Shown here piece after piece: positions 49,792 through 62,711 of a stretch of DNA of 64,000 nucleotides. The stretch comes from Octopus sinensis. Lineage: Eukaryota. A program made the position numbers and the translations under genes. The notes under the pieces are model-generated. The model did not search any database. It saw nothing but the letters and a program-made list of their open reading frames with translations, and was not told the DNA's origin. How positions within the stretch are numbered: the stretch's first letter is position 1; each line of letters starts with the position of its first letter. The stretch is from NCBI RefSeq assembly GCF_006345805.1, contig NC_042997.1, positions 140,182,001-140,246,000 of the forward strand, in the 5' to 3' direction.

Positions 49792-52700
49792 CTCTACAGT
49801 AGTCTCCACATTTTCTTTCACTGTAAAGTATATGTGCTGCTATAACACCAATACAAATGTTTACATGCACATAATGCTTAAAAAAGAAGAAAAAAAATTG
49901 TATATATTTGTAAAATTCTGTATATTTTTGCGTCAAGTTGTACATGTATAGTTTTCATATATCTTTATGTATGTGTTTGTGTGTGTATTTAATGTATGTG
50001 TTTGTGTGTGTGTGTATCATCATTTTCCATCTACAGGTTTTTTCCACTTGGATCATTTCACACTTTTACCCAACAGTCATCCTTTATAAGCTTCACATGT
50101 TTGTATTTGTGTAGTCTTCTCTATTACACACTACAGCTAATTCCCAGTTTTTCTCAAAGTGCACTTTTGCTCTGTTATTCATATGCTGTTAGTGTATGTC
50201 TAACAAAATATGCTCATCTAATGTGGTATACTATACATAGATAAGACTCATGCATTTCCTTTAAAAAGGTCAATGAAAGCAAGAGTTGAAAGATGCTTGT
50301 GTTTTATTGACATTCTTTGAGAAAAGGCAAAGGAAATGTTGCTCTCTATTCCTTGTGAATATAGTTAGTATAAATGTATAATTACTAACCAGTTTGTAAT
50401 TAATTCCTCTTATAGTGTAAATTTTATAGACATTCAGTAATATATCAAGCTACATATTTTTGCTTGGTTATGTTTATAAAAAAATATAGATACCTTCATC
50501 GCAAACCAATTTTTACAGCCTACATTTTCGTTTTCTATATCTAACAACCTGACCATGAGTAACTAAATCTTGACATTTTTGAAGCATTAAATTGAGCTAT
50601 TGACTATCTTTTATCTTTTACTTGTTTCAGTCGTTGGACTGTGGCCATGCCTTGAAGGGATTTTATTCAAACAAATTGACCTCAGTTCTAAATTATTTAT
50701 ATCTGATATTTATTCTATTGGTCTTTTTTGCCAAACCACTAAGTTACAAGGATGTAAACAAACCAACACTAGTTGGCGAGCTGTGGTGGGGAACATAAAC
50801 ACAAACACATATTTATATATCTTTCAGTTTCCATCTACGATATCTACTCTTGATATCTTGCTTAAAGTGCCACACAGTGACACTGAACCCAGAACCATGT
50901 AGTTGGGAAGCAAATTCCTTACCACAAAGCTACACCTGTTAAATTAAAGAATAAAACTTCCAATTTGTGGAAATTAATAATTATTGGAATTAGGTGAAAT
51001 AATGGTGATGTGATGTATCAAAAATGTTAGATCTCAGTATTTAGTTTCAACCCATCAAGCTCTGAATTCAAATTCCACTGAGGCTGACTTTTCGTTTTTT
51101 ATCCCTATGGGATTACGAAATCATGTACAATGCCAATATACTGATGGCTAATTCATTCATGTTATTACATGTCATATGAAAATAAAACTGTTATAGCATC
51201 ATCAGTTATTAACTTAAGTGTATTGACCTTTTGAATCCACAAATACATTTGATTATACTTCAGAAAATGCAGAAGTAATGGGCCAGATGGATTTGTGTTT
51301 ATAGCTGAAAATAATATTTCTGCTAATTAGTAAACTGTAAACACAAAACCATGTGGCCATGTAATTTTGTGTCTTTCTGGGGGTACAGTCTAAATATGCT
51401 GAAGCATATTTATAGGTTCAAAGGGTTAAAAGGTACCAAAAACATTTATAGCCTTGTTCTCTTATAAAACAAACAAGTAAAAATTTAAATGGTCAGGAAT
51501 TCCAGTCAACAATTAGTAGCTTCATTGATTATTCTTTTTACTTAAATTTCATTATTTTAATTAATGGGCTGTCTGATATAGAGGTTTCGATATTTTGCAT
51601 GTAGGTTGCAAAGCAATGTTGGTACTTGCTTTTTTGGGGAAATAATATCCTTTGTATTCAATTGAAATTATTTCAACTATAAATGTTTGAAATGAAAAAG
51701 TTGGAGACAGAGATTTTAAATTTTATATAAATAACATACAAACTTTTGTCGTTATTATATACTTCATATTTATATTATTTCCCAAGTATACCATTAAAAT
51801 TTGCATATGATAGGAGAAATATAATCAAAAAGGCCATAGGAGCTAAGAAATGTAAACTTTTATAAATAATATTCATAGCTGAATTATGACCTTTAATGGG
51901 TTAAATTCTAAAGGCTATTTTATCCTCATTCTGAATAGGTTACACTAACTTAAAGATCAGTGTTGACATCACTATCATAAGAACATAAGTTCAAGTCCTA
52001 GATCAGGTAGCACATATCTTTACTTCAAATTGCTCATCTACTCAGGTAAAACTGAGTACCAACCTAGACCTAGTGCAACCCTTTCTGTCTTTCTGGAGAG
52101 TCAAGGGGTGAGAGGGTCAAAAGGGAGCCTGTGTCTACTTGCAACTTCATAGGAATGTAAAACAATCAGCAAAAGCAAGGTACATGTAAGCTGGTCATAT
52201 TTGCTTGTGTGAAGGCTATGGGAATAAAGGTTACATATTTTCAAACACCTAATCCCTAAATTCTCTTTTGAAAAGCGAGAGAAAATACAAATTTCTAAGT
52301 GATGCTTTGAAGTAGGTTAAAAGTTTATCTTTCTAAATTAATATCAACCCTCATATTCCAACAGGTTTTCCCCATCTTTCATTGATTAGCTAGAGTGATT
52401 AATTTTTCTGTGAAATTTATCCATTTGGAATATCGTATTAGATATTTCAATCCATTTCTTTTCAGATTATTTATCTCTGCAATAACTCTTACTTTGAAAA
52501 AAATCACCTTCATTTCTTTAACTCATATTTTTCTATATTGGCACATAGGTGTGCAATACAGCATCTCTATGTATTTTGATCCTAATATCTCATCAGTGAA
52601 ACCCAGCATTCTCAGGTTTAACTACTCCCTGTGTCTTCCTTAATCTACCTCTAGCACAGGTACTTCCCACTAACTACTTATAGTACTATGTTTTTTTTTA

Positions 52701-52997
52701 AACCCAACATGATCATCTGTATCAATTAATTATATGACTATCTGTGTCCTCACTTCTCTTATATATTGGTGCTCAATTACTTTCTTAATTTGTTTGCACA
52801 CATACTATATAAGAACAAATATTTACTTTAATTTTCCAATCTATTTACAGTACTAACAGATTTTTATTTCCAATTTACTGTAAAATATTGAGCCAGTCAT
52901 TTGTATAAAAATTGTATAAAGAAAAACCAACTGTATTGAATAAAAAAATGATTAAGTTAAATGTTTTCTTTGCATTATTCTATAAAATATACTTTAT

Positions 52998-53438
52998 TTA
53001 ATCCCTTAACATTCAAATTACTCTGCCAAATCTAATACTTATTCAGTTTTTTAATTAATCATGCATTATCTCATAGCTTTGAAATTTCAATGATGTAATT
53101 GTTTATTTTTAATATGACATTATAGCATGTGAGAGGCTGCAGCTGGCCACTAAACCAGGTTGAATAGGTATGTGGACCTGATATGACTGGTTTAAATGCT
53201 AAAGGGTTAATAGGAACAATTTAAGATTTTAATTTTGGTTTAATCCTTTACCATTTAAACTAGCTATATGCAGCACAAATAGTCTACTTGTTTTATGTTC
53301 ACCACCTCCACTACAATGTCACTTGAAAAATAAACAATTGTATCATCTAAATCTTGAAACTATAAGCTAATGCATGCTTAATTCAAAATAATGTTAATGA
53401 TTAGGTTTAACAGAGTAATCTGAATGCTAAAGGGTTAA
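52998..53438. mobile_element. Two TTAA-MITE copies in opposite orientation (52998-53210, 53240-53438)
   Basis: Same family as 1697-1924; both end tgctaaagggttaa; internal orientation opposite. Confidence 0.8.
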
Positions 53439-54704
53439 ATGTATTTGTCAAGATAAAATGAAAATGAGATATACTGGTATGAAACAGTTTCTGCGAAGAG
53501 TTTATCATCATTGTTTAACCTCCGTTTTCCATGCTGGCATGGGTTAGATGGTTCGACTGGGGTCTGGGAAGCCAGGAGGCTGCAGCAGGTTCCAGTCTGA
53601 TCTGGCAGCTGGATGCCCTTCCTAATGCCAATCACTCCGAGAATGTAATGGATGCTTTTTTACATGCCATCGGCACAGGGGCCAGAGGGGGCTGGCATCA
53701 ACCAAGATTGGATGGTGCTTTTTACATTCCACTGGCACAGAAGGCAGTCAAAACGGCACTGGCATCGGCCACGTTTGGATGGTGCTTTTCATGTGCCACC
53801 AGCACAGAAGCCAATCAAAGTGGTGCTTTTTATGTGCCACCGGCACGAGGATCACAACTATAATTTCCATTTGATTGTGATTTGGTTTTAATGCACTTGA
53901 CTCTGTTACTTGTTTCAGTCATTGGACTGTGACCACTCTGAGGCACCAACTTGAAGGCTTTTTTTAATCGAAAAGATCAACCCTTGTACTTGTTCTATTG
54001 GTCTCTTACTGAATCGCTGAGTTATGGGGACATAAACAAACCAACACCAATTATCAGGCAGTGGTAGGACAAACAGAGAGACAGATTTATATACACACAC
54101 ACACACACACAATGGGCTTTCACACAAGATTTACTCACAAGATGTTGGTTGGCCTGGGGCTATAGTAATATACACTGGCTTTGTTTGAGTTAATTTTGAA
54201 AACAATGAAGAATTTAGTGAAATCACTTTGTCATTATTTAGCTGGTGTTTGGAACATGAATTAAAAAATGAATTTTTATAGATTTTAATTTAGATCACTT
54301 TAAATCAGGTTGTTTGATTGATAGAACACCAGGGCAGTCTAAGGCAGGCTGGCATCAAATGGGTTAAATTTGATTTTAAAATTCTCTAAATAATAATATA
54401 TCTACTTAAAAAGAACACTTAGCACTGTTTCTTTGAAATTTTCCTTTATTTCTTAACATATTTTATTTTTTATGAAAGTTTAGCTGTTTCAGTGGTCTGA
54501 AGTGAATATTCAGCAGGTACTTTCTAACTGATAATTCCAATGTAGTACTCTAAAAAGCTTGTTATGTAATATACACAATATTTTGAGTTAAGCTTGGGTT
54601 TTAACAGTCATTAGAATCCTGAAATCCTCATGAAAAATAAATAAGAATCATAATAATGAATAACTCACTGTGTAACAAAGTTATTATTATTATTATTATT
54701 ATTG

Positions 54705-55140
54705 AGTGAGAGAGCAGTGCATGCCATCAAAGTGACACTGGGGTAAAATATACGAAGCCCAGTATACCCATCATGACACCAGGCACATGCATCACAACCA
54801 TATGTGTGCAACGTGGTGATCTCATATCAAGATAAACAGCGCATGACCTTGCAGGTGGGGCCCAGTTAGAATTTTCTTCTGGCTGAGTAACCTATCCCGC
54901 TCAAAAGGTCCCTGAATAAGGATTGTTGAATGAAACACCTATGTTTCCAGAGGTGAATCATTCAAACCCCAAAGAATTCCTCTCAACACATGGCTATGAT
55001 GCTCCCCCACTACTTCTGCTAGTGATCAGAGATGCACATATTGTCAGCCACTAAGGGACATGCTCAACTGGTTACGGTCAAACAATTGACAAGCAAATCT
55101 GTGGTATTGAGCAGAATATTTACTGTAGCCCATCTTTTAT
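54705..55140. repeat. Interspersed repeat with an inverted partial copy at 55320-55495
   Basis: 54960-55135 is the reverse complement of 55320-55495 with scattered mismatches. Confidence 0.7.
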
Positions 55141-58100
55141 TGGTCAGTAAGTATTATTTCCTATTTGTTTCTGTCTAGAAATCAAAGGAAATGACTACTA
55201 TTCCCGTCCCTTCAAACTTTTGCTTTTATGACCTAGGCATCAAATGTTTTGAAACTGACTTATTTTCCATTGCATTTCAAACAGATTCAGCACCGAGTTG
55301 CTGAAGTAGAAATATTATTATAGCAAATATTCTGTTCGATAACACAGATTTGCCTGTTAGTTGCTTGACCTTAGCCACTTGAGCATGTCCTTTAGTGGCT
55401 AACAATATGTGCATCTTTGATCATGAGCTGGAGTAGTCGGGGAGCATCATAACCATGTATTAAGAGGGATTCTTTGGGATTTGAATAAATGTAACAAAAG
55501 CAAACTTTGAAGGAAATAACCATTTTTCATACTTTCTAGGGATAAGCAAATGGGAAATAACAGTTGCTACCCATGGACAAAAATTGTTACACAGTGTAAC
55601 TTGTATTGTATTAACTTAGCTATAGACCACAGATGAAATTAAATTTCATCATATAAAAAACCCATGATGATTGCATTATGATACAAAGTCCTGACCTATG
55701 AACTCAACTCCATATTTTAACCATTCAGCTATTTCAACATTTTTACTATTATCTTTAGGTGATCTACCACAGAAAGAAATACAAGACAAATTTTTGTTAT
55801 AAAAGCAAAGATTTGTGTGTATGTATAATGTGTTTCTGCATATTGGAGAAAAAGCTATCTTAGCAAAAGTTATATATTGAGCATATTTGGGTGAGTGTGT
55901 TCACAAACAAATACACCTATGTTTGTATATTGTCTACAATAACATGATGTTAAAATGAAGACAAAAAAGGCAATATTTCTTAAATTTCCAGAGTATTTTT
56001 ATTAAAAGCTTTAATAAAATTTAATGACTAGGAAAAAAAAAACATTAAAAGGATTTTAAAATTTAATAAAACATTTGGTAAAATGGTTTATAAATAAGAC
56101 AATAAATATAGAAAGCAAAACAAAACTTGGCCATAAATTTCTGCAAATCTCATTAGATATATTCAATCTCATGGGGCAGAATCCTTAAGAAAGAAACTTA
56201 AAGAACTAATGGACTAGACATGCAAGCACCTCATTAAGATCCAGATTACCTCACTAACAGTATACACAAGGTGTAAGTTACAATGAGCAATGATATTTTG
56301 CAAAACTTGTTTCATTTATTGTATGTGTGTGTGTATTTATATATAATGGTAACATTCAGACCAACAGATGTTGTTATACATTGCTGGTCATAATGCACTT
56401 CATAATGTTTTAGCTTTCAAATGATACCACCCCACTGGCTAGGTAAGCAGGTCAATATTTTCACCTGAATGGAATGCCAGTCTGTCACTGAGTTACCCAT
56501 TTACAGCTGAATGAACTGGAACAATGTAAAATGAAGTGTTTTGCTCAAGAACGCAGCTGGTCTGGGAATCTCATGATTGTGAGTGCAACATCCTAACCAC
56601 CAGGTCACATGCCTTCACAGACATGCGTGCATGTGTGCGTGCGAGAATTATGAATAAATCAGCAAATATTTTCAGTAAAGCTATTATTTTATACATAGTA
56701 GTCTTTGGATTAACTCATGTCATATTCCTGGCAATTAATGTCTGTTAACAAAATTATGTCAAAAATATAATGAAAAAGTAAAAGCCCTCAATGTATTGCA
56801 CAAATAACTTGATAAATATTAAAATCCAGGATAAAAAAGCAATGAAATAAAAATATCTTCCAGTTCAAATATCTACTAAAATCGTTTTGTTTTGTTGTTC
56901 TTCATTTTAGTTACGACTAAATATTTTACTAATGAAGAAGTTTTCTTGTCAGGATATCTCTAACTAGCTACAAACAAAAATTGGATTGTAAGTTTCTAAA
57001 TTTTTGCACTTTAACTGAAGAAAAAAAAAACAAGGTTCTTAAAACAGAGGGACTATCAAGCAATCCATCCATCATCATCACTGCCATCATCTACAGCATT
57101 TAACACATGTTTTCCCTGCTGGCATGGATTGGATGGTTTGACTGGAGCTGGCAAACCAGAAAATTGTCCAAGGCTTCGGCATGCATTCTACAGCTGGATA
57201 CCTTTCTTAATGCATTTTATGTGATACAAGTACCAGCGTAAAATGCACATAGTACACCCTGTAAAGTAGTTGATGTTAAGAAGGGCATTTAACTAGACAG
57301 ACAGAGACTGGTTTTATATTTGCATGTGTAAGAGAGTGAAAAGGAAGTCTACATTGAATTTCTCAGTGAACTCGGATTTCACTTGAACGTGGAATGTAAG
57401 ATGTAATGGAAAGCACATACTTTCCCAAAGCAGTTCCACCTGCAAATCAAAACTAGATTGTATCCGTCAGATAATTTGAAGCTTTGATATCTTAATCTGT
57501 GACATGTTGTTTAAAAATATTTACTAAGTATTTTTGACTAGAATGAGAACTGTTAGGTACTTAAATTGTTGCCCTAACATAAAAAAAAAATGAAAAAACT
57601 ACAACAAAAACGAAAAATAACAGACCAGAGCACAGTAACAAACTTGCAACAATATAGTATAGTGAATTTCAATTCAATGAATTTGAATCCATAAAATACA
57701 AATATAATATTTTGCTTGTTACAGTGTGCTTATGGTTGTGTGTTATGTTTTAAACAATCTTAACAACAGAATGACATCTAACATAATCAAAATCTTTGAT
57801 AAATGAAACAATGTCATGAAGATTTATAAATTCAGAAATCCATGCATTGAAACAGAAAAAGGAAATTTGATGAAATGTGCAATTTCACAGGTATGTAATG
57901 TTGTATTTAATATAGTATCTACAAACCATTTAATGTGTATATGTATACATTTATGCATGTGTAGATAGGGAAGTATATATGTCTGTAGGGTTCATAGGAA
58001 ATGAAATATAATTATAGAATTTAAATAAATAAACTTGGAAAGTCAGATGAAGAAAAAGAAATGTGTTGAAATAACTACATCAAGACAATTAGTAACTATT

Positions 58101-58615
58101 TCTGGTAAAATTAATTTCAAATTAAATACTCAAATGATTAAAAAAAAAAGCAGTTTTACTTTTGAGAAAATATAATTAAAATTAATAATTGTAATATATT
58201 GTTTTGGAACTTGAAACATCTCCAAAATAATCCTTAGACTTGTGTATTTTAGAGGAAAGTCATGAGGTCTTGTGCTTACACCCTCACATGCACCAACAAA
58301 ATGCATTCTCCAAATAAATATATACATTAAATAAAGGCAATTTTCATCCCCTTTTCAAAGTTAAATGCATAAAAGTGTATAGTTGCATTTGCACCAAATT
58401 ATTGGCCCATTCAGATTTCAATACATGGAGATATTAATGTACACAGCCATTATATTTACTAAAAGCTCCCTCCCACCACTCTCACACACAGAATTAGAGA
58501 CAGTCAAGAGAAAATATTTTCTTCATTTGAAAAAAGAAAAAAAAAACCCTTAAGTGTAAATTTTTCATATCTACAATGGATCCAGCTATATGGATACAAT
58601 GAAGCAAATCAAATT

Positions 58616-58995
58616 CTAATGGATGTTTTCAGGATTGCTAAAAGCACTTGAATCTTGTGTTCTTTCTGCATGACTGGGTAGAACCTCCCACTGGTCACCA
58701 GGGTTAAGAGAAGAGGACGAAGAGGATGATGTATCCCAGTTCAGGCCATCTGAAATGTCATGTGCGTTTACAGCCACAGTGTTGCTGTCAGAAATCAAGT
58801 TTGCTGAGGAATCTAGAGATGATGTCATTACATCATGTGACACTTCTGGCATGGATGCTGTGGGCTGTTGATTACTAGTACTGACCGGCACACCTGAAGA
58901 CCGATGGCGGAGATTAGAGTTGTCTACAAAACTTCTGGGTGTCATTGATACAGCATCAGCAAGTCCTCCTAAAAGTTCAACATTTTCGTTTGTAC
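58616..58995 (-). CDS. Terminal coding exon of an uncharacterised membrane-anchored protein (STNENVELLGG...GDQWEVLPSH...NPENIH*)
   Basis: Minus-strand acceptor ttttccag|, phase 1 matches the upstream exon; open to TAG; GC content above the flanks. Confidence 0.82.
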
Positions 58996-59744
58996 CTGGA
59001 AAACAGAATTTTTTTTTAAAACAATAAAAAAAACAACTCATAATTTACATTTAGAAATTATTTTTATATCATTTATCAAATAAACTACTTGCAGATATGG
59101 CTGTATGGCTACATTGTGGTACCTTGGATAAAACCTGAGAATGAAATTTGTATGTCAAAAATTGCACTGAAGTCTGCCTAATACATATATACATAGATTT
59201 TGGTTTCCAAGTGGATTCAATGCCATAGTTCAGTAGAAGAATTCCTTCTTTTATTGGTTATGGTGTTTTTGCAGGGTAAATTGTCAGATATAGTATTATT
59301 ATTAATAACGCTAATAAATTTTTGGAAAGAATAAATAAACTGTTAAGATATTTAGTAAAAGAAGGGTATAAATATGGTAAATTGGTTAAAACTTTTAATC
59401 ACTGTTAAGGTGGGAGACTTGAAATTTGAAATAAATATGGGGTAATATCTAGTCTTCAACTTATCAAATATTTGTAAAGATTTGGAATTTTTACGATTTA
59501 AGTTATTTGCTTACTACATCACCAACATTGTTTGAGACAATTGAGGAAGAAGTAATTACATACTACATCATAAGGTAGTCTTTTAAATTCTAGAGGTGAT
59601 GGAACTATGTGGCTTGAAAAAACATGTAAGTATTAATACTTATTATCTTTTAAACAGTTTTAATTTAGCTTTAATTGTAGCAACATTTTATAATAATAGT
59701 TAATTTACAAGTATACATTTATCAGTTCTTATTTAATAAATTTA

Positions 59745-60097
59745 ATGCATCCGATCATCGCCGTTCGCCAGCCTCATCTGGCACCTGTGTCGGTGGCACA
59801 TAAAAACACCATCCGAGCGTGGCCGTCTGCCAGCCTCGTCTGGCACCTGTTTCGGTGGCACATACAAAAAACACCATCCGAGCGTGGCCGTTCGCCAGCC
59901 TCGTCTGGCACCTGTGTCGGTGGCACATAAAATCACCCACTACACTCTCGGAGTGGTTGGCGTTAGGAAGGGCATCCAGCTGTAGAAACACTGCCAGATC
60001 TGACTGGTCTGGTGCAGCCCTCGGGCTCCCCAGACCCCAGTTGAACCGTCCAACCCATGCTAGCATGGAAAGCGGACGTTAAATGATGATGATGATG
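59745..60097 (+). mobile_element. SINE-like family A with internal ~60-66-bp tandem units and (GAT)n tail (other copies 1-385, 3425-3875, 17320-17530, 23820-24150, 25068-25260, 30070-30260, 53506-53850, 57070-57250)
   Basis: Shared core gagtggttggcgttaggaagggcatccagctgtagaaac and tail gcatggaaagcggacgttaaa(tga)n. Confidence 0.85.
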
Positions 60098-60692
60098 TTT
60101 CTATTAGTTACTGGTAAGTTTACATTAAAGCTTGTTAGGGTAATATATATTAATATGTATGTAGTGTTTTTATTATCAACTTTTGAATTATGAAATAATG
60201 TATTTCACTCATAATTATTATATTATTCATTAAATTAAATTCAATCATATTTTGTTTTGGAGAGAATTGAAATAAAGCTTTCATTTTTTTTATTATAGTA
60301 GTAACTATGGAAGAATGGTAGGATTATTATTTGTATGGATTTAAAGATTGGTTGCTATTTAGTATATAATTTGGTTATTGTAGGTTTATCAATAATACTG
60401 ACACAGATGCACATAGATTTATGTGTTTCTTTGTTGTAGTTTAATCTTGCCTATATTTAGATTGAATGTGGTTATTAAGCTTTTACTTTTATATTATACT
60501 ATAGAAGACTGTAAGGAATAAAATGTATGACTTAAAGGTTTGGTTGCTGTTTAGTTACATATTTAGGAGTTGGTTATAGATTTACTTATTGAATTTATTT
60601 ACCGATACTGTTGTACACAGGGGGAATATATGGATAGTTTATCCTGTTCATGTTATTGTACTAGCATTATCATGCGTTTGAGAATAACTTAT

Positions 60693-60739
<47 letters not shown>

Positions 60740-60778
60740 AATCTGGAGTATACCCACCACCACTACCACCATCTGAAC

Positions 60779-61180
60779 TTGAAGAGAGTCACGAAGAGAA
60801 AATTAATCTGGTCTAATCCTCCATTTAACCTAGAAGTTTCAACCAGCATAGCTAGGAGCTTCCTGATGCTAATCAAGAAACCCTTTCCTAGAATCCAAAA
60901 GAATTATAAACTTTTCATCTCCTACAATATTGAGGTTAGTTACTTCTGCTTAGACAACACCACTTCTAACATTGCATGCTACAATAGATACAAACACACC
61001 TAAGCTGCCAATGTACATCCCAACCTGTAACTCCAGAATCCTACCAACTTCCTGCTGGAAGGATCCTGCATCATAAGGTCTTTGGTCTATAGAGCCACCT
61101 TCACATCATCTGGTAGCATTACAACACACTACATGGACATGACAGCCAATGACTTCAAGGGAAAGTATACACAGCATATG
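60779..61180 (+). mobile_element. Penelope-like element C-terminal fragment including GIY-YIG endonuclease
   Basis: KRKLIWSNPPFNLEVSTSIARSFL...IEVSY; LLEGSCIIRSLVYRAT...HYMDMTANDFKGKYTQH. Confidence 0.85.
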
Positions 61181-61239
61181 TATATGCTTCAGTGGATAAA
61201 ATGCCACTAAGTACTTTGTGGAACTTCCGACTGCCTTGC

Positions 61240-61770
61240 CGAACTAGGTGCCAGGAACCATGCATCAGGTTGTGACTCAGTAAAAGAGACAAGTTGTGAA
61301 AAGGTGAGTCTGACAAACAGGGAACACAATCACCATGAAGGAAGCACTGGAGATGTCATAGCCTCAGCATATGTCTGTGCATCATCAGCCATGGCATGCC
61401 CAATCTTCCATTCAGTGGGGTTGACAACAAATGGAGTACCTGACCACTGGAATGTGTCCCTTCAACAGAAAGCAGAAGAGTATGCACTCCAATTTAGTCA
61501 GATGTAAACTGAGGCAAGGCACAATGATCAAGTGGTAATATATAACAGAGGTGATATATGCATTTGCCACCTCTGCTCAACCTTTCAGAGATGGTTTTCT
61601 CTCGGCCCATTTCTGGATGAGATTGGCTACCCTGTTCATCACCTTATCCCAGTTCTTCTCCACTAGGTGATCTGGACTAAATCAGACTCCAAGCAATTTA
61701 ACAGGTCCTTCTGTCCAGCGTGCCACAACATTATTGGAACTTCTTCAAGTTCCAAGTGGCAGGCCCACTG
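61240..61770 (-). mobile_element. L1/Tx1-clade LINE fragment
   Basis: PVKLLGV*F...KNWDKVMNRV..LIQKWAERKPSLKG*AEVANAYITSVIYYHL...FCFLLKG. Confidence 0.8.
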
Positions 61771-62144
61771 ACTTTTTTTTGGTTAATTTTTGCTCCTGTC
61801 ATTTCCTCATGTTCTTTTAGAGCACAAGGCCAGCAGTTTTTTTTGTGGGTGGGGGGGTTGTAGGGGAGGGAGTAAACTAATTACATTGACCCCAGTGCTG
61901 AACCGGTACTTATTTTATCGACCCTGAAAAAAATGAAAGGTAAAGTTGACCTTGGTGGAATTTGAACTCAGAATGTAGAGACAGACAAAATGTTACAAAG
62001 CATTTTGTTCAGCATACTAATTCTGCCAGCTTGCCACCATGTTGCTGTTGTTGTTGTTGTTGCCAGCTCACCATCATGTTGTTGGTTGATGATGATGATG
62101 GATGATGATAATGATGATAATAATAAACTACAGTTTTTACTCAC

Positions 62145-62711
62145 TTGAGATTTGGCTTTCATTGGGTGTATCATGCCTGGCTAACATTTCATGGTCCAGT
62201 TCAGTATTTGACACTGATTGTGACTGATTTGATTCTATAATGTTCTCCACATTATTTGCCTGGTTATTTGCTGACAGCCCAACTGGAGTTGAAGTTAATA
62301 CAGTATTTCGGGTCGGAGAAGTGGATGTCAGATTTTCAACAGGTACTGATGATGTTGTACCCGATGTTGCTAGCTGTGAAGCCAGCGATGGATAGATTGT
62401 ATTTGTTGGTGAGCTTGTGATAACAGGATTGTTATCTGAAGTGGAATTGTCTGGCTGAGATGATGGAGCTGATGGAGGAGATGGTGGGTCTGATGGCGGA
62501 GATTGTGGTGGAGCTGATGAAGCAGTACGTTGTTGCTGTTGATGGTAGTTGTGAGCATGCTGGAACTGCTGATGAAAACGATTGAAGACATCAATACTTT
62601 TATGAAAGACAAATAAACCAACTGCCACTGAGAGACTGAAGACAATTGATAATACACCCATAAGAATGAGTACTCCTCCTAAGATGATAGTTGCGAATGT
62701 TAGGACAGTAC
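62145..62711 (-). CDS. Internal exon of the same gene: 35-aa hydrophobic segment followed by a Q/H- and S/T/P-rich region
   Basis: ttttcag|GT ACT GTC ... TCA A|gtgagt; 567 nt, phase 1-1; no stop. Confidence 0.85.
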
